From Nannocystis sp. (GTDB lineage: Bacteria; Myxococcota_A; Polyangia; Nannocystales; Nannocystaceae), in the NCBI RefSeq assembly GCF_016714285.1, contig NZ_JADJNN010000012.1:90040-154039 (forward strand): a DNA stretch of 64,000 nucleotides. The letters run 5' to 3'. The notes beneath the pieces are model-generated. The model did no database searches, had not been told where the DNA came from, and saw only the letters and a program-made list of their open reading frames with translations. Position numbers and translations under genes: made by a program. Shown here one piece after another: positions 50,499 to 59,254 of the stretch (within the stretch, counting starts at the first letter, position 1; every line of letters begins with the position of its first letter).

Positions 50499-51575
50499 TC
50501 ATGAGCTCTGGGCCTCGGCGAGGCGTTGAGCCTCGTCGCTGGCGCGCAGGGCCGCGATCACCTCGTCGATGTCGCCGTCCATGAAGTCATTGAGGGCGTG
50601 GCGGGTGAGGCCGATGCGGTGGTCGCTGATGCGGTCCTGCGGATAGTTGTACGTGCGGACCTTTTCGGCGCGGTCACCGGTGCCGACCTGACCCTTGCGC
50701 TGCGCGGCGCGTTCGGCCTGGTAGCGCTGGATCTCGCGGTCGAGCAGGCGCGAGCGCAGCAGTCGCATGGCGATGTCGCGGTTCTTGGTCTGCGACTTCT
50801 CCTGCGAGCAGTGGACCGCGAGGCCGGTCGGGAGGTGGGTCAGGCGGACGGCGGAGTCGGTGGTGTTGACGCTCTGGCCGCCGGAGCCGCTGGCGCGCAT
50901 GGTCTGGAGCTCGATGTCCTTGGGGTTGATGACGACGTCGATCTCTTCGGCCTCGGGCATGATCGCGACCGTGGCGGTGGAGGTGTGGATCCTGCCCTGG
51001 GCCTCGGTGGCCGGGACGCGCTGGACCCGGTGCACGCCGCTCTCGAACTTGAGCATGGCGTAGACATCCTTGCCGCGGATGAGGCCCGTGATCTCCTTGA
51101 CGCCGCCGGCCGATGCCTCGCTGACGCTCATCACCTCGACGCTCCAGCCGCGGCGCTCGGCGTGGCGGATGTACATGCGCCACAGGTCGGCGGCGAACAG
51201 CGCGGCCTCCTCGCCGCCGGTGCCGGCGCGGATCTCGAGGATGACGTTGCGGCTGTCGTTGGGGTCGCGCGGGAGCAGCAGGCGCTGGAGCTGGAGCTCG
51301 AGCTCGTCGCGGCGGGTCCGCAGCTCGCGGACGTCGTGTTCGGCCAGCTCGCGCATGTCGGGGTCGGCGAGCAGGCCCTCGGCGCCCGCGAGGCTGGCCT
51401 CGACCTGCGCGTACTGCTGCAGCGCCAGCGCCAGCGGGGCGATCTCGCCGTGCTCGCGCGAGAGGGCGAGGAAGCGGGATTTGTCGTGTACGACCTCGGG
51501 ATCGCAGAGCATCGTTCCGAGTTCGTCGTGACGATCGGCGATGCTGTCCAGCTTGGCGCGCAGGGAGGCTTCCAC
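50499..51575 (-). CDS. prfA: peptide chain release factor 1
   Basis: GTG start; (M)EASLRAKLDSIADRHDELG aligns with E. coli RF1 MKPSIVAKLEALHERHEEV. It has PAT (the RF1 tripeptide) and a GGQ motif. Confidence 0.9.
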   Translation of the reverse strand: MEASLRAKLDSIADRHDELGTMLCDPEVVHDKSRFLALSREHGEIAPLALALQQYAQVEASLAGAEGLLADPDMRELAEHDVRELRTRRDELELQLQRLLLPRDPNDSRNVILEIRAGTGGEEAALFAADLWRMYIRHAERRGWSVEVMSVSEASAGGVKEITGLIRGKDVYAMLKFESGVHRVQRVPATEAQGRIHTSTATVAIMPEAEEIDVVINPKDIELQTMRASGSGGQSVNTTDSAVRLTHLPTGLAVHCSQEKSQTKNRDIAMRLLRSRLLDREIQRYQAERAAQRKGQVGTGDRAEKVRTYNYPQDRISDHRIGLTRHALNDFMDGDIDEVIAALRASDEAQRLAEAQSS

Positions 51576-51658
51576 GGCGGAGCGGGAAGCTAACACCCAA
51601 GGCCCGCGGCCGCAACGCGACCCGGACGTTGCCAGCGGCCCGGTCGGCGGGATAAAGA

Positions 51659-53089
51659 GTGGGCGCCCGCATGTCCCCTGGATCTGACAGCCGCGAGAGG
51701 CCGCCACGCGTCGCCGATGCGCCTGCTGCGACGTCGGGCGCGGCGGCTGGCGCGGCGGCTGGGGTGACGGCTGGGGTGATATCTGGCGTGACGGCTGGGG
51801 TGACGGTGGTAGCGGCGTCCTCGTCGGTGAGCGGTGCGCCGAGTCCAGTGGTCCAGGAGGCGCCCCGCTGGTGCGCGCGGCTCGGCTTCTCGCGTGACCT
51901 CTGGACCGGGCGTGCGCGGGTGGTGTGCGACCCGGAGGTGGAGGCGTCGCTCCGCGACACGCGGCGGCTGTCGGGCGCGGCGGCGGGGCTGTTGGCCGAG
52001 CTGCTGCCGGAGCGGGCCAGCACGGTGTGGTTGCTGGCGCAGCGGCCCGACGAGCTCGCGGGGCCGCGGCGTCGCGGGGTGCACTCGCTCGAGGAATTCG
52101 ACGGGCTGCTGACGCAGGCGCCGTGGGAGGTTGCGATCGTCGAGCTCGGGCAGTTCCTGGTCGACACGGCGAACCTGTCGCGCTTCGCGGCGCGGGCCCG
52201 CGGCCGGCTCGAGAACCGCCTCGACACGCGGGCCTTTCGCCTGCTGAGCGCCGCAGCCGAGGGGGCGTACGCGGGTCGCACGGTGATCGTGTCGGTGCCG
52301 GCGCAGAGCCGCGGCGGGCTCTCGCTGTCGGACTTTCAGGACCTGCTCGAGCAGCACTTCGCGCGGGCCCGCGTGTACGCGCTGGCGCCGGTGGCGGTGG
52401 CCGTGGTGGTCGACTGCGGCGAGGTGGTCCGTGAGGACGAGGACGAGGGCGACGCTGGCGAGGACGACGATGACAGCGCGCCGCCCCTGGGCTTCGACAA
52501 CCGGCTCGGCGAGGACCTGGGCTACGACACGTACCTCGCGCTGGTCAACGCGCCGGCCGAGCCCGAGGGAGTGACGCTGGTCGAGCTGCCGGCGGCCGCG
52601 CTGGGGGCGACGCGCAGCGCCGAGGTGTCGCGTCCGCACGCGGCCGCACGTCCGCAGGAGGCCCGCCGCAGCGAGCGCAGCGAGGCCGAGCTCGAGAACC
52701 TCAAGATCCAGCTGGGGCAGGCGCGGCGGCAGGTCGAGCTGGCGGCGATCGCCCGCCAGTCGCTGGTCGAGCAGCTCGACGCGGCCCAGGCTCGCGTCGA
52801 CAACCTCGAGGATCAGGTCGCGGAGCAGCAGCGACGACAGAGCGCGAGCGAGGTCAGCGATCGCCGGGCCGCGGCGCTGGCTGCGGCGCCTCTCGGAGAG
52901 CAGGTGCACGCCGAGCCGCCGACCGACCTGCGGCCCGACGCGACCCAGGCCACGCTGCTGGCGCTGCGCTGGGAGCTCGAGCAGACCCGCGAGGAGCTGC
53001 GCAAGGCGCTCGGGCGGCCTGTGGACGCGCTCGAGCGGGAGCTCGCCGAGCTCCGGGCCCGGCTCGGCGTGCCAACGCCGGCAGACTGA
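51659..53089 (+). CDS. hypothetical protein with C-terminal coiled coil; start uncertain
   Basis: Long ORF with a C-terminal heptad-rich region (ELENLKIQLGQARRQVELAAIARQSLVEQLDAAQARVDNLEDQVAEQ), an acidic stretch (EDEDEGDAGEDDDD), and an N-terminal (AAAG/VTAG) repeat of uncertain coding status. Confidence 0.5.
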   Translation: MGARMSPGSDSRERPPRVADAPAATSGAAAGAAAGVTAGVISGVTAGVTVVAASSSVSGAPSPVVQEAPRWCARLGFSRDLWTGRARVVCDPEVEASLRDTRRLSGAAAGLLAELLPERASTVWLLAQRPDELAGPRRRGVHSLEEFDGLLTQAPWEVAIVELGQFLVDTANLSRFAARARGRLENRLDTRAFRLLSAAAEGAYAGRTVIVSVPAQSRGGLSLSDFQDLLEQHFARARVYALAPVAVAVVVDCGEVVREDEDEGDAGEDDDDSAPPLGFDNRLGEDLGYDTYLALVNAPAEPEGVTLVELPAAALGATRSAEVSRPHAAARPQEARRSERSEAELENLKIQLGQARRQVELAAIARQSLVEQLDAAQARVDNLEDQVAEQQRRQSASEVSDRRAAALAAAPLGEQVHAEPPTDLRPDATQATLLALRWELEQTREELRKALGRPVDALERELAELRARLGVPTPAD

Positions 53090-53364
53090 CGCTGCGCGGC
53101 GATCGAGGCTCTCGGCCCCCTATTTGGCGATCGGGCTGGCTTGCAGCGAAGGCGCGTGCGTGGGCAGTCTTGCGCGTCGTGGGGCGCGGACCCGACGGTC
53201 GCGTGTTGCCCGGCCCAGGGGCATGAGACTATGCTCGCCGAGCGCGCCATTCCCCCCAGAGTGGGCGCACCGACCGACCCGCCATCACGTGTTTGCGAAA
53301 CCCGCGCCTGACCAGCGCGGTCGCGCGCGGTGCACCGGGCCTCCCTTGCGAAAGCGACTTGGCC

Positions 53365-54009
53365 ATGAAGATCTCGTCCGACGCGCCGATCCCCGACTGG
53401 TCGGCCCTTGAAACTGCCTTCGAACACAACGCCCCCGATCACCACGCCTATCTCGATCTCAGCAACGGACAGGTCGTCACGATCAACGACAGCCGCCCCG
53501 AGGATGAAGAGAAGCGCCAGCTGATCAGCAAGAGCACCGGGCGCTTCGTTCACCTCGACCCGGCCTCATCGCGCGAGCAGTACCGGTGGATGGAGCGCTT
53601 CGTCGCCTCGGTCGAGGAGGTCAGCCTGCGCGAGCGGCTGGTGCTAGCGATCGACGGCAAGGGCGCGTTCCGCCGCTTCAAGGACGTGCTGCTGTCGTAC
53701 CCGGTCGAGCGCGACCGGTGGTTTAGCTACCGCGCCAACTTGCTGCACATCTACATCGACGGCTGGCTCGCGGGCCAGGACGTGCTGCTCGGCGCCTATC
53801 CGCCGTGGGGAAAGCCCGAGGAGCCGACCGAGCCGAACGTGCCGCTGGAGAAGCCGCCGGGCGAGCGGGGCGCGGGCGCCTCGGAGACCCTGCGTCGCAC
53901 GGCGCGCGACCTCATCGACCGCCTGCCGGCGCTCGAGCTGCCGGCCGCGATCGCGTACCTGCAGTACCTCCACGAGCGCGGGCCATCGGTGCCCGACGCG
54001 CCCGCGTGA
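53365..54009 (+). CDS. UPF0158-like family protein (hypothetical)
   Basis: 214 aa starting MKISSDAPIPDWSALETAFEHNAPDHHAYLDLSNGQVV, a recurring conserved bacterial family. The identity call is tentative. Confidence 0.5.
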   Translation: MKISSDAPIPDWSALETAFEHNAPDHHAYLDLSNGQVVTINDSRPEDEEKRQLISKSTGRFVHLDPASSREQYRWMERFVASVEEVSLRERLVLAIDGKGAFRRFKDVLLSYPVERDRWFSYRANLLHIYIDGWLAGQDVLLGAYPPWGKPEEPTEPNVPLEKPPGERGAGASETLRRTARDLIDRLPALELPAAIAYLQYLHERGPSVPDAPA

Positions 54010-54025
54010 GCCTGTGCCTTCGGAC

Positions 54026-55006
54026 ATGTCTCAGGCGACAGGTCGCCGCTTCGCCCGCTTCATCGGCGTCAACCTCGGAGGCGGGCGCGGCAAGACCACC
54101 GCGGTCGCGCGCCTCGAGGCGTCGGCCAGCGGCGGCGTGCGTCTGGTCGAGGCCCGCATGCGCCACGGCCACCGCGGCGGCGGCGAGGACAGCGGCGAGG
54201 AGAGCGGCGACCCGCTGTTCCGCGACGAGGTGCTGGTGGCCTACGTGCAGCGGCACCTCGACGACGAGACGGTCGTGGCGATCAACGCCCCGCTGACGCT
54301 GCCGCCGTGCATCCGCTGCAATTTGCCGTGCCCGGGCGTGCCAGCCTGCGAGGTGCCGGTGGTCGCGTGGATGCGGCGGCACGCCCCGGCGCTGCTGACC
54401 CATCGGGGTCGCAGCGACCGCGGAAAGCCGGCGGTCACGCCGTACACGCAGCGGGCCGCCGACCTGTTGCTCGCGCACGCGGGCCTGCAGCCGCGCGAGT
54501 CGCTGGGTCAGGGGATGGGCCCGCTGGCGGCCCGCGCCGCGTACCTGCGCCACGTGCTGTCGCCGATGTTGCGTCTGCACGAGAACCTCATCGAGGTCCA
54601 TCCGACCGCCACCTTGATCCGCCTGTTCGGGACGGCGACGGTGCAGCGTCTCGGTCGCGGGCCCACCGATGAGGTCGCGGCGCAGCGTCGCAAGATCTTC
54701 GTCGGCCTTGGCGAGAAGCTGCACTTCAACTACGTCTGGCCCGAGATCGTGGTCCGAAGCCCCCATATCTTTGAAGCGGTGCTTTCGGCCTTCACAGCGT
54801 TCCTGTGGGCGACCCAGGGCTGGCAGGGGCCGGGCGATCTGGCCGCGCCCGCGCCGGATCCGTCGAGCCCGCCCGCGATCGTCCGCGACCCGCTGACGCC
54901 GGCGCTGGCGGAGCTCGACCATCTCTGGCTGGAGGACGGCTGGATCTGGGTGCCTCCGGTGCAAACCCGCGAGGCCGAGCCCGGGCGCGGCGGGGCAGGC
55001 GTGTGA
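54026..55006 (+). CDS. DUF429-like (predicted RNase H-fold) protein
   Basis: FIGVNLGGGRGKTTAVARLE is a typical N-terminus for this family. It begins 17 nt after the preceding gene. Confidence 0.5.
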   Translation: MSQATGRRFARFIGVNLGGGRGKTTAVARLEASASGGVRLVEARMRHGHRGGGEDSGEESGDPLFRDEVLVAYVQRHLDDETVVAINAPLTLPPCIRCNLPCPGVPACEVPVVAWMRRHAPALLTHRGRSDRGKPAVTPYTQRAADLLLAHAGLQPRESLGQGMGPLAARAAYLRHVLSPMLRLHENLIEVHPTATLIRLFGTATVQRLGRGPTDEVAAQRRKIFVGLGEKLHFNYVWPEIVVRSPHIFEAVLSAFTAFLWATQGWQGPGDLAAPAPDPSSPPAIVRDPLTPALAELDHLWLEDGWIWVPPVQTREAEPGRGGAGV

Positions 55007-55203
55007 TACGGCACGCAGCATTCGCCAGACCGTGGGCTCGTGGAGGCCGTTCATGCCGCCCCGTGATGTTCGCTCGCGCCACCGCTGTGCTCTCGTTGCG
55101 TCGCCATGCTCAGTGCGGTGGGGCCTGCGATCGGCTTGCCTGGGGCGTCGCCGCCGGTGCAACATCGTCCTGTCGCCGTCGGAGCGACCCGCGCTGAGGA
55201 GCC

Positions 55204-56283
55204 ATGGCAGACCCGGGCAACGATACGTCTTCCGAGGCCGCTGGGGGCCGAGCGGGAGAGTGGTCGCCGGCCGAGCTCGACGTCGTTGAGGACGCGCTCG
55301 AGCGCTGGACCGCGGCGGAGCTCGAGGACGTTCCCGAGGACAGCACACTGTCGCCGCGGATGCGCGAGCGGCTCGAGTCGTACCGCGAGCTGCTGGCGAT
55401 GACCCGCGCCGAGCTCCCGCTCGAGGACGTGTCCGACTCGCTGCTCGCGGGCGTGCTCGCCGAGGCGGCGCGCAGCGGCTCGGCCGCGCCAGCGCGCGAG
55501 CTCAAGGTCGCGGAGGCGGTGCGGGTGGGCTTTTGGGAGCGGCTGCGGCGATCGATGCTGCTGCCCGGCCTGGCCCTCGCGGGCTCGGCGGCGCTGTTGC
55601 TGTGGATGGTCCAGCCCGGCGACGAGGCCCCCACGACGTTGGCCACGCAGACCACGCCGGCCCGGCTCACGCCCGAGGCGAGCCCGGCCCCGGCCGCGCC
55701 GAAGCTCCCCGAGCTGCGCGAGGCGCCGGAGATGGACGAGCTGCGCGGCGGCGCGGCCGAAGAGAAGCAGGCTGATGAGGCGCCAGGGGCGGCCGCACCG
55801 GAGCCGGCTGCGGTGCTGGCCGACCCCGCCGAAGCGGCTGTCTCAAAGGACAGCAAGCTCGAGCTCAAGGGCGACCGCGGCAAGGCCAAGTCGATCAAGA
55901 AGAGCGAGCTGCCGGCCGAGTCCTACCCGGGCCTCGATGATGTCCCGAGCGACGCCGCGGCTGACAAGGACGCGCTGCGCGACACCCTCGAGCAGGCCGA
56001 CAGGGCCCGCCGCAAGGGCCGCTGCGATCTGGCGCTCGGGCTCTACCAGGAGGCGACTGGCATGAGCGGCCCGGACAGCGAGCGGGCCCAGGCGCGGGCC
56101 GGCTACGGGCTGTGCCTGCAGGCCCAGGGCAACGACGCCGCGGCCATGAAGTACTTCGAGTCGGCCGGCAAGATCTCGCCGAGCATCAACGCGTGGATCA
56201 AGCGCGAGCGCGGCGACAGCTCGCCGAAGAAGGCGCCGGCCAAGCCCAGCTCCAAGGCCCACGTCGACGAACCGTTCAAGTGA
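55204..56283 (+). CDS. hypothetical membrane-anchored protein (anti-sigma-factor-like N-terminus, single TM, Ala/Pro-rich linker, C-terminal TPR-like region)
   Basis: An acidic N-terminus is followed by a TM segment (LLPGLALAGSAALLLWMV) and a C-terminal domain (CDLALGLYQEATGMSG...LCLQAQGNDAAAMKYFESAG). Confidence 0.5.
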   Translation: MADPGNDTSSEAAGGRAGEWSPAELDVVEDALERWTAAELEDVPEDSTLSPRMRERLESYRELLAMTRAELPLEDVSDSLLAGVLAEAARSGSAAPARELKVAEAVRVGFWERLRRSMLLPGLALAGSAALLLWMVQPGDEAPTTLATQTTPARLTPEASPAPAAPKLPELREAPEMDELRGGAAEEKQADEAPGAAAPEPAAVLADPAEAAVSKDSKLELKGDRGKAKSIKKSELPAESYPGLDDVPSDAAADKDALRDTLEQADRARRKGRCDLALGLYQEATGMSGPDSERAQARAGYGLCLQAQGNDAAAMKYFESAGKISPSINAWIKRERGDSSPKKAPAKPSSKAHVDEPFK

Positions 56284-56331
56284 TCGGCGGATCGGCGGTT
56301 GGCTGTCCTCGGGGACAGGCTCGCGTGAGCG

Positions 56332-57018
56332 TCACTGGATGTCGACGCCGAAGCTGACCGCCATCGCCGGGCCGTCGAAGTCGGGGAAGCGGTGGTCGAA
56401 CACGGCCCGACGCGCGCAGCTCGGGATGCCCCATACGCGCAGGCTCGCGGGGGCGCTGAGGGTGACGCTCTCGACCTTGCCGCTGGGGAGCACACGCAGC
56501 TTGAACTTGAGGCTACCCGCGGGGATCTCGGCGTAGGCGCTCGCCGTGGTGACGCAGCGCTGGATCTGCGGGGTCACCTGGGCGAAGTGACGGTCGAGTT
56601 CGGCCTCGGAGAGTCGCTCGCTGCCGGCCTTGAGGTCGAGGGTCTGCGCCTCGGCGTTGCTAAACTGCGGGATCTTGCTGTCGTCGATCGGCACGAAGGG
56701 TGGGGGCGGGGCCTCGGGGGGGCCGTCAACGTCGTCGGCCGCGTCCGGTGTCGCGTCGCCCGGGGCCGCATCGCCGCCGGTCCGCGTGCCCCGGCGCTTG
56801 CGCTTCTGCTTGCGCTTGCCCGGCTTCTCCGGGGGGGGGGGGGGGGTCTCGGCGATCGCCTGACAGCGATCCGCGACGCACTCGGTGCCCGGTCCGCACG
56901 CGCCGCCGCAGGGCTCGCGCACCTCGTTCGTGCAGGCCAGGGCCGTGACCGCCGCGATGGCCAGGAGGGCCGTGACTGCCAGTAGCGCCGGGCCGAGAGC
57001 TGCGAGCGACCTGGCCAC
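56332..57018 (-). CDS. lipoprotein with poly-Pro/Lys-rich linker and C-terminal TonB-C/AgmX-PglI-like domain
   Basis: GTG start; [29 protein letters not shown] has a lipobox. PPPPP is encoded by a C16 homopolymer. [10 protein letters not shown] stretch and a conserved C-terminal domain ([18 protein letters not shown]...[11 protein letters not shown]) follow. Confidence 0.55.
   Translation of the reverse strand: MARSLAALGPALLAVTALLAIAAVTALACTNEVREPCGGACGPGTECVADRCQAIAETPPPPPEKPGKRKQKRKRRGTRTGGDAAPGDATPDAADDVDGPPEAPPPPFVPIDDSKIPQFSNAEAQTLDLKAGSERLSEAELDRHFAQVTPQIQRCVTTASAYAEIPAGSLKFKLRVLPSGKVESVTLSAPASLRVWGIPSCARRAVFDHRFPDFDGPAMAVSFGVDIQ
56831..56846. repeat. G16 homopolymeric tract inside a CDS (encodes PPPPP on the minus strand)
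   Basis: Read directly from the sequence. Confidence 0.9.
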
Positions 57019-57114
57019 TGTCCGCGAAATACGCGGGTGGGGTGGGGCTGTCAAGCTGCTGGAGCGCAGTCTGGGACCGTTGCAGCGGCGGCGGGCTCGT
57101 GGCAGCTTCCGCCC

Positions 57115-57465
57115 GTGTCCGAGCCCCGCACTGCGTCCCTCGAGTCCTTCGCCAACCCGCGGCCTGGGCGAAGCTACGAGATCCGCTTCGAGTGCCCCGA
57201 ATTCACGTGTCTGTGCCCGGTCACGGGCCAGCCCGACTTCGCGACCATCCGAGTCCGTTACACGCCCGGCGAGCGCTGCGTGGAGCTCAAGAGCCTCAAG
57301 CTCTATCTGTGGTCGTACCGTGACCGCGGGGCCTTCCACGAGGCGGTGACCAACCAGATCCTCGACGACCTGGTCGCCGCCGTGGCCCCGCTGCGGATGA
57401 CGGTGGAGGGCGATTTCTACGTCCGCGGTGGGATCCGTACCGTGGTCGAGGTGCAGCACCCGTAA
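57115..57465 (+). CDS. queF: NADPH-dependent 7-cyano-7-deazaguanine (preQ0) reductase, unimodular type
   Basis: [46 protein letters not shown]...FHE is the QueF catalytic Cys and the E(L)K(S)LKLY motif. A GTG start gives 116 aa; an upstream ATG at 57037 is an alternative. Confidence 0.85.
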   Translation: MSEPRTASLESFANPRPGRSYEIRFECPEFTCLCPVTGQPDFATIRVRYTPGERCVELKSLKLYLWSYRDRGAFHEAVTNQILDDLVAAVAPLRMTVEGDFYVRGGIRTVVEVQHP

Positions 57466-57554
57466 CCGGCGCAGCACCCGTAAGTGGCGCAGCCTGTGAT
57501 ACGGTGCCCGGCGCAGGCGTCGGCCCGCGTGGGTCGCCGCTGCCGGAGATCGCC

Positions 57555-58985
57555 ATGCCACTGTTGCCGAGCCTCGCGGGCGCCCTGCTCGCGCTCCTCC
57601 TGGACGGACCCTTCAACTACGAGTTCTCGCGCGTCACCGACGAGAAGGGCGAGGCCTACTTCGTCGTGCGGGCCAACGAGAACCTGCCGCAGATGGAGGT
57701 CACGATCACGGGTGACCGCCAGAAGATCCGCAAGCAGCTCCCGCCGATCAAGGCCGGCAAGGAGCACAAGATCGTGTGGGTGCAGAACTCGCCGACGGCG
57801 GCCTACGAGGTGAAGATGATCGCCGGCTCGGCCGAGGCGGAGACCGGCTTCGAGATCAGCCGCGCGACCGGCAAGGCCGTCACCGGTGAGGCCGGCAAGA
57901 TCACGGCCCTGGCGACCGCCGAGGACCTCGTCTACAAGCACCAGTCGATCTATCAGACCTCCTTCGATGTCACGAGCTACAAGTTCGAGGTCTACGACAC
58001 CGACGGCGACGTGATCCACGTCGACAACGGCAGCCAGGCGCCGTTCAAGGGCGGCGAGCGAGTCACGCTCAAGTGGGACAGCCCCAACGACGTGTTCCTC
58101 GTCAAGGTCCGCTTCGACGGCGACGCCGGGCAGTACGGCGAGCACATCCTCGCGCCGATGGCGATCGAGATCCCGCACACCGAGGTCGTGTTCGACAGCG
58201 GCAAGGCGCTCATCAAGGGCGAGCAGTCGCCCAAGCTCGACGAGGCCGCCGCGGTGGCGATGAACAAGCTGGCCGCGGTCGAGAACGCCAAGGCCGCCGT
58301 CGGCAACGCGCTGGCGGGCAACGGCTACGTCGCCAAGCTCTTTATCAGCGGCTACACCGACACCGTCGGTCCGCCGGCGGACAACCAGAAGCTCTCGCAG
58401 CAGCGGGCCAAGGCGATCGCCGACTATTTCTACAGCAAGGGCGTGTGGTCCGAGATCTACTTCGCCGGCATGGGTGAGCGCGGGCTCAAGGTCCAGACCG
58501 GCGACAGCGTCGACGAGGAGAAGAACCGCCGCGCCGTCTACGTGATCAGCTTCCAGCCGCCCACGGGCGCCTGGTTCCCCGCCCCTGGCGCGTGGAAGAA
58601 GGCGGCCAGCAGCCGCGCGCGGCCCAAGGAGATCCCAGCCTACCCCGAGAAGTGGAAGCAGCACGAGAAGGAGAAGCGTGACAGCGCCCCCAGCACGAGC
58701 GGCAGCGGCGGCGACACGAGTAGCGGTGACACAGGCAGCGGCACCAGCGGCGACAGCGGCGACACCAGCAGCGGGGACAACGGCAGCAGCCGTCGCCCCG
58801 GCCTCGGTGAGGGCGACCCGGGCACGCCCTACCTCGGCGGCGCCGAGGATCCGCCGGCCGTCGGCGGCGAGCCAGGCGCGACCAAGAAGGGCTGCAGCGT
58901 GCACCGCGAAGAGATGCCCGGCGCGCTGATCGTGGTGCTGGCCGGGATGCTCGGGCTGCGTCGTCGCCGTCGCCAGTCGGCATGA
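57555..58985 (+). CDS. OmpA-family protein with Gly/Ser/Asp-rich linker and C-terminal MYXO-CTERM sorting domain
   Basis: Signal peptide MPLLPSLAGALLALLL. The OmpA-C peptidoglycan-binding region is LFISGYTDTVGPPADNQKLSQQRAKAIADYF. The C-terminus GCSVHREEMPGALIVVLAGMLGLRRRRRQSA has Gly-Cys, a hydrophobic stretch and an Arg cluster, which defines MYXO-CTERM. Confidence 0.8.
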   Translation: MPLLPSLAGALLALLLDGPFNYEFSRVTDEKGEAYFVVRANENLPQMEVTITGDRQKIRKQLPPIKAGKEHKIVWVQNSPTAAYEVKMIAGSAEAETGFEISRATGKAVTGEAGKITALATAEDLVYKHQSIYQTSFDVTSYKFEVYDTDGDVIHVDNGSQAPFKGGERVTLKWDSPNDVFLVKVRFDGDAGQYGEHILAPMAIEIPHTEVVFDSGKALIKGEQSPKLDEAAAVAMNKLAAVENAKAAVGNALAGNGYVAKLFISGYTDTVGPPADNQKLSQQRAKAIADYFYSKGVWSEIYFAGMGERGLKVQTGDSVDEEKNRRAVYVISFQPPTGAWFPAPGAWKKAASSRARPKEIPAYPEKWKQHEKEKRDSAPSTSGSGGDTSSGDTGSGTSGDSGDTSSGDNGSSRRPGLGEGDPGTPYLGGAEDPPAVGGEPGATKKGCSVHREEMPGALIVVLAGMLGLRRRRRQSA

Positions 58986-59070
58986 CCCTCGAGACGAGCG
59001 GCGTGCGCGTGCTGCCCGGTCGCCCGCAGGCCGGCCGCGATTGAGCCCCGCCGGCCCGGGCCGACTTTCG

Positions 59071-59229
59071 CGCGTGGCGTGTGCCTCGCGTTGCCCGGAC
59101 GCCCGCCCGCTTGCGCCTGACCGCGCAGCGATCGCGCTGTTGATCGGAGCGCGTGGCGTGTGCCTCGCGTTGCCCGCACGGCCGCTCGCGTGCGCCTGAC
59201 CGCGCAGCGATCGCGCTGTTGATCGGACC
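59071..59229. repeat. two tandem ~78-bp near-identical copies in the upstream region of the FG-GAP lipoprotein gene
   Basis: CGCGTGGCGTGTGCCTCGCGTTGCCCGGACGCCCGCCCGCTTGCGCCTGACCGCGCAGCGATCGCGCTGTTGATCGGAGCG is repeated with about 8 mismatches. It contains GCGATCGC palindromes. Confidence 0.85.
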
Positions 59230-59254
59230 GCGTGCACGTGGTCCCATCGTCGCC

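Noticed and set aside
57019-57114. preQ1 riboswitch upstream of queF
   Set aside because: No preQ1-I/II consensus was seen in the short leader.
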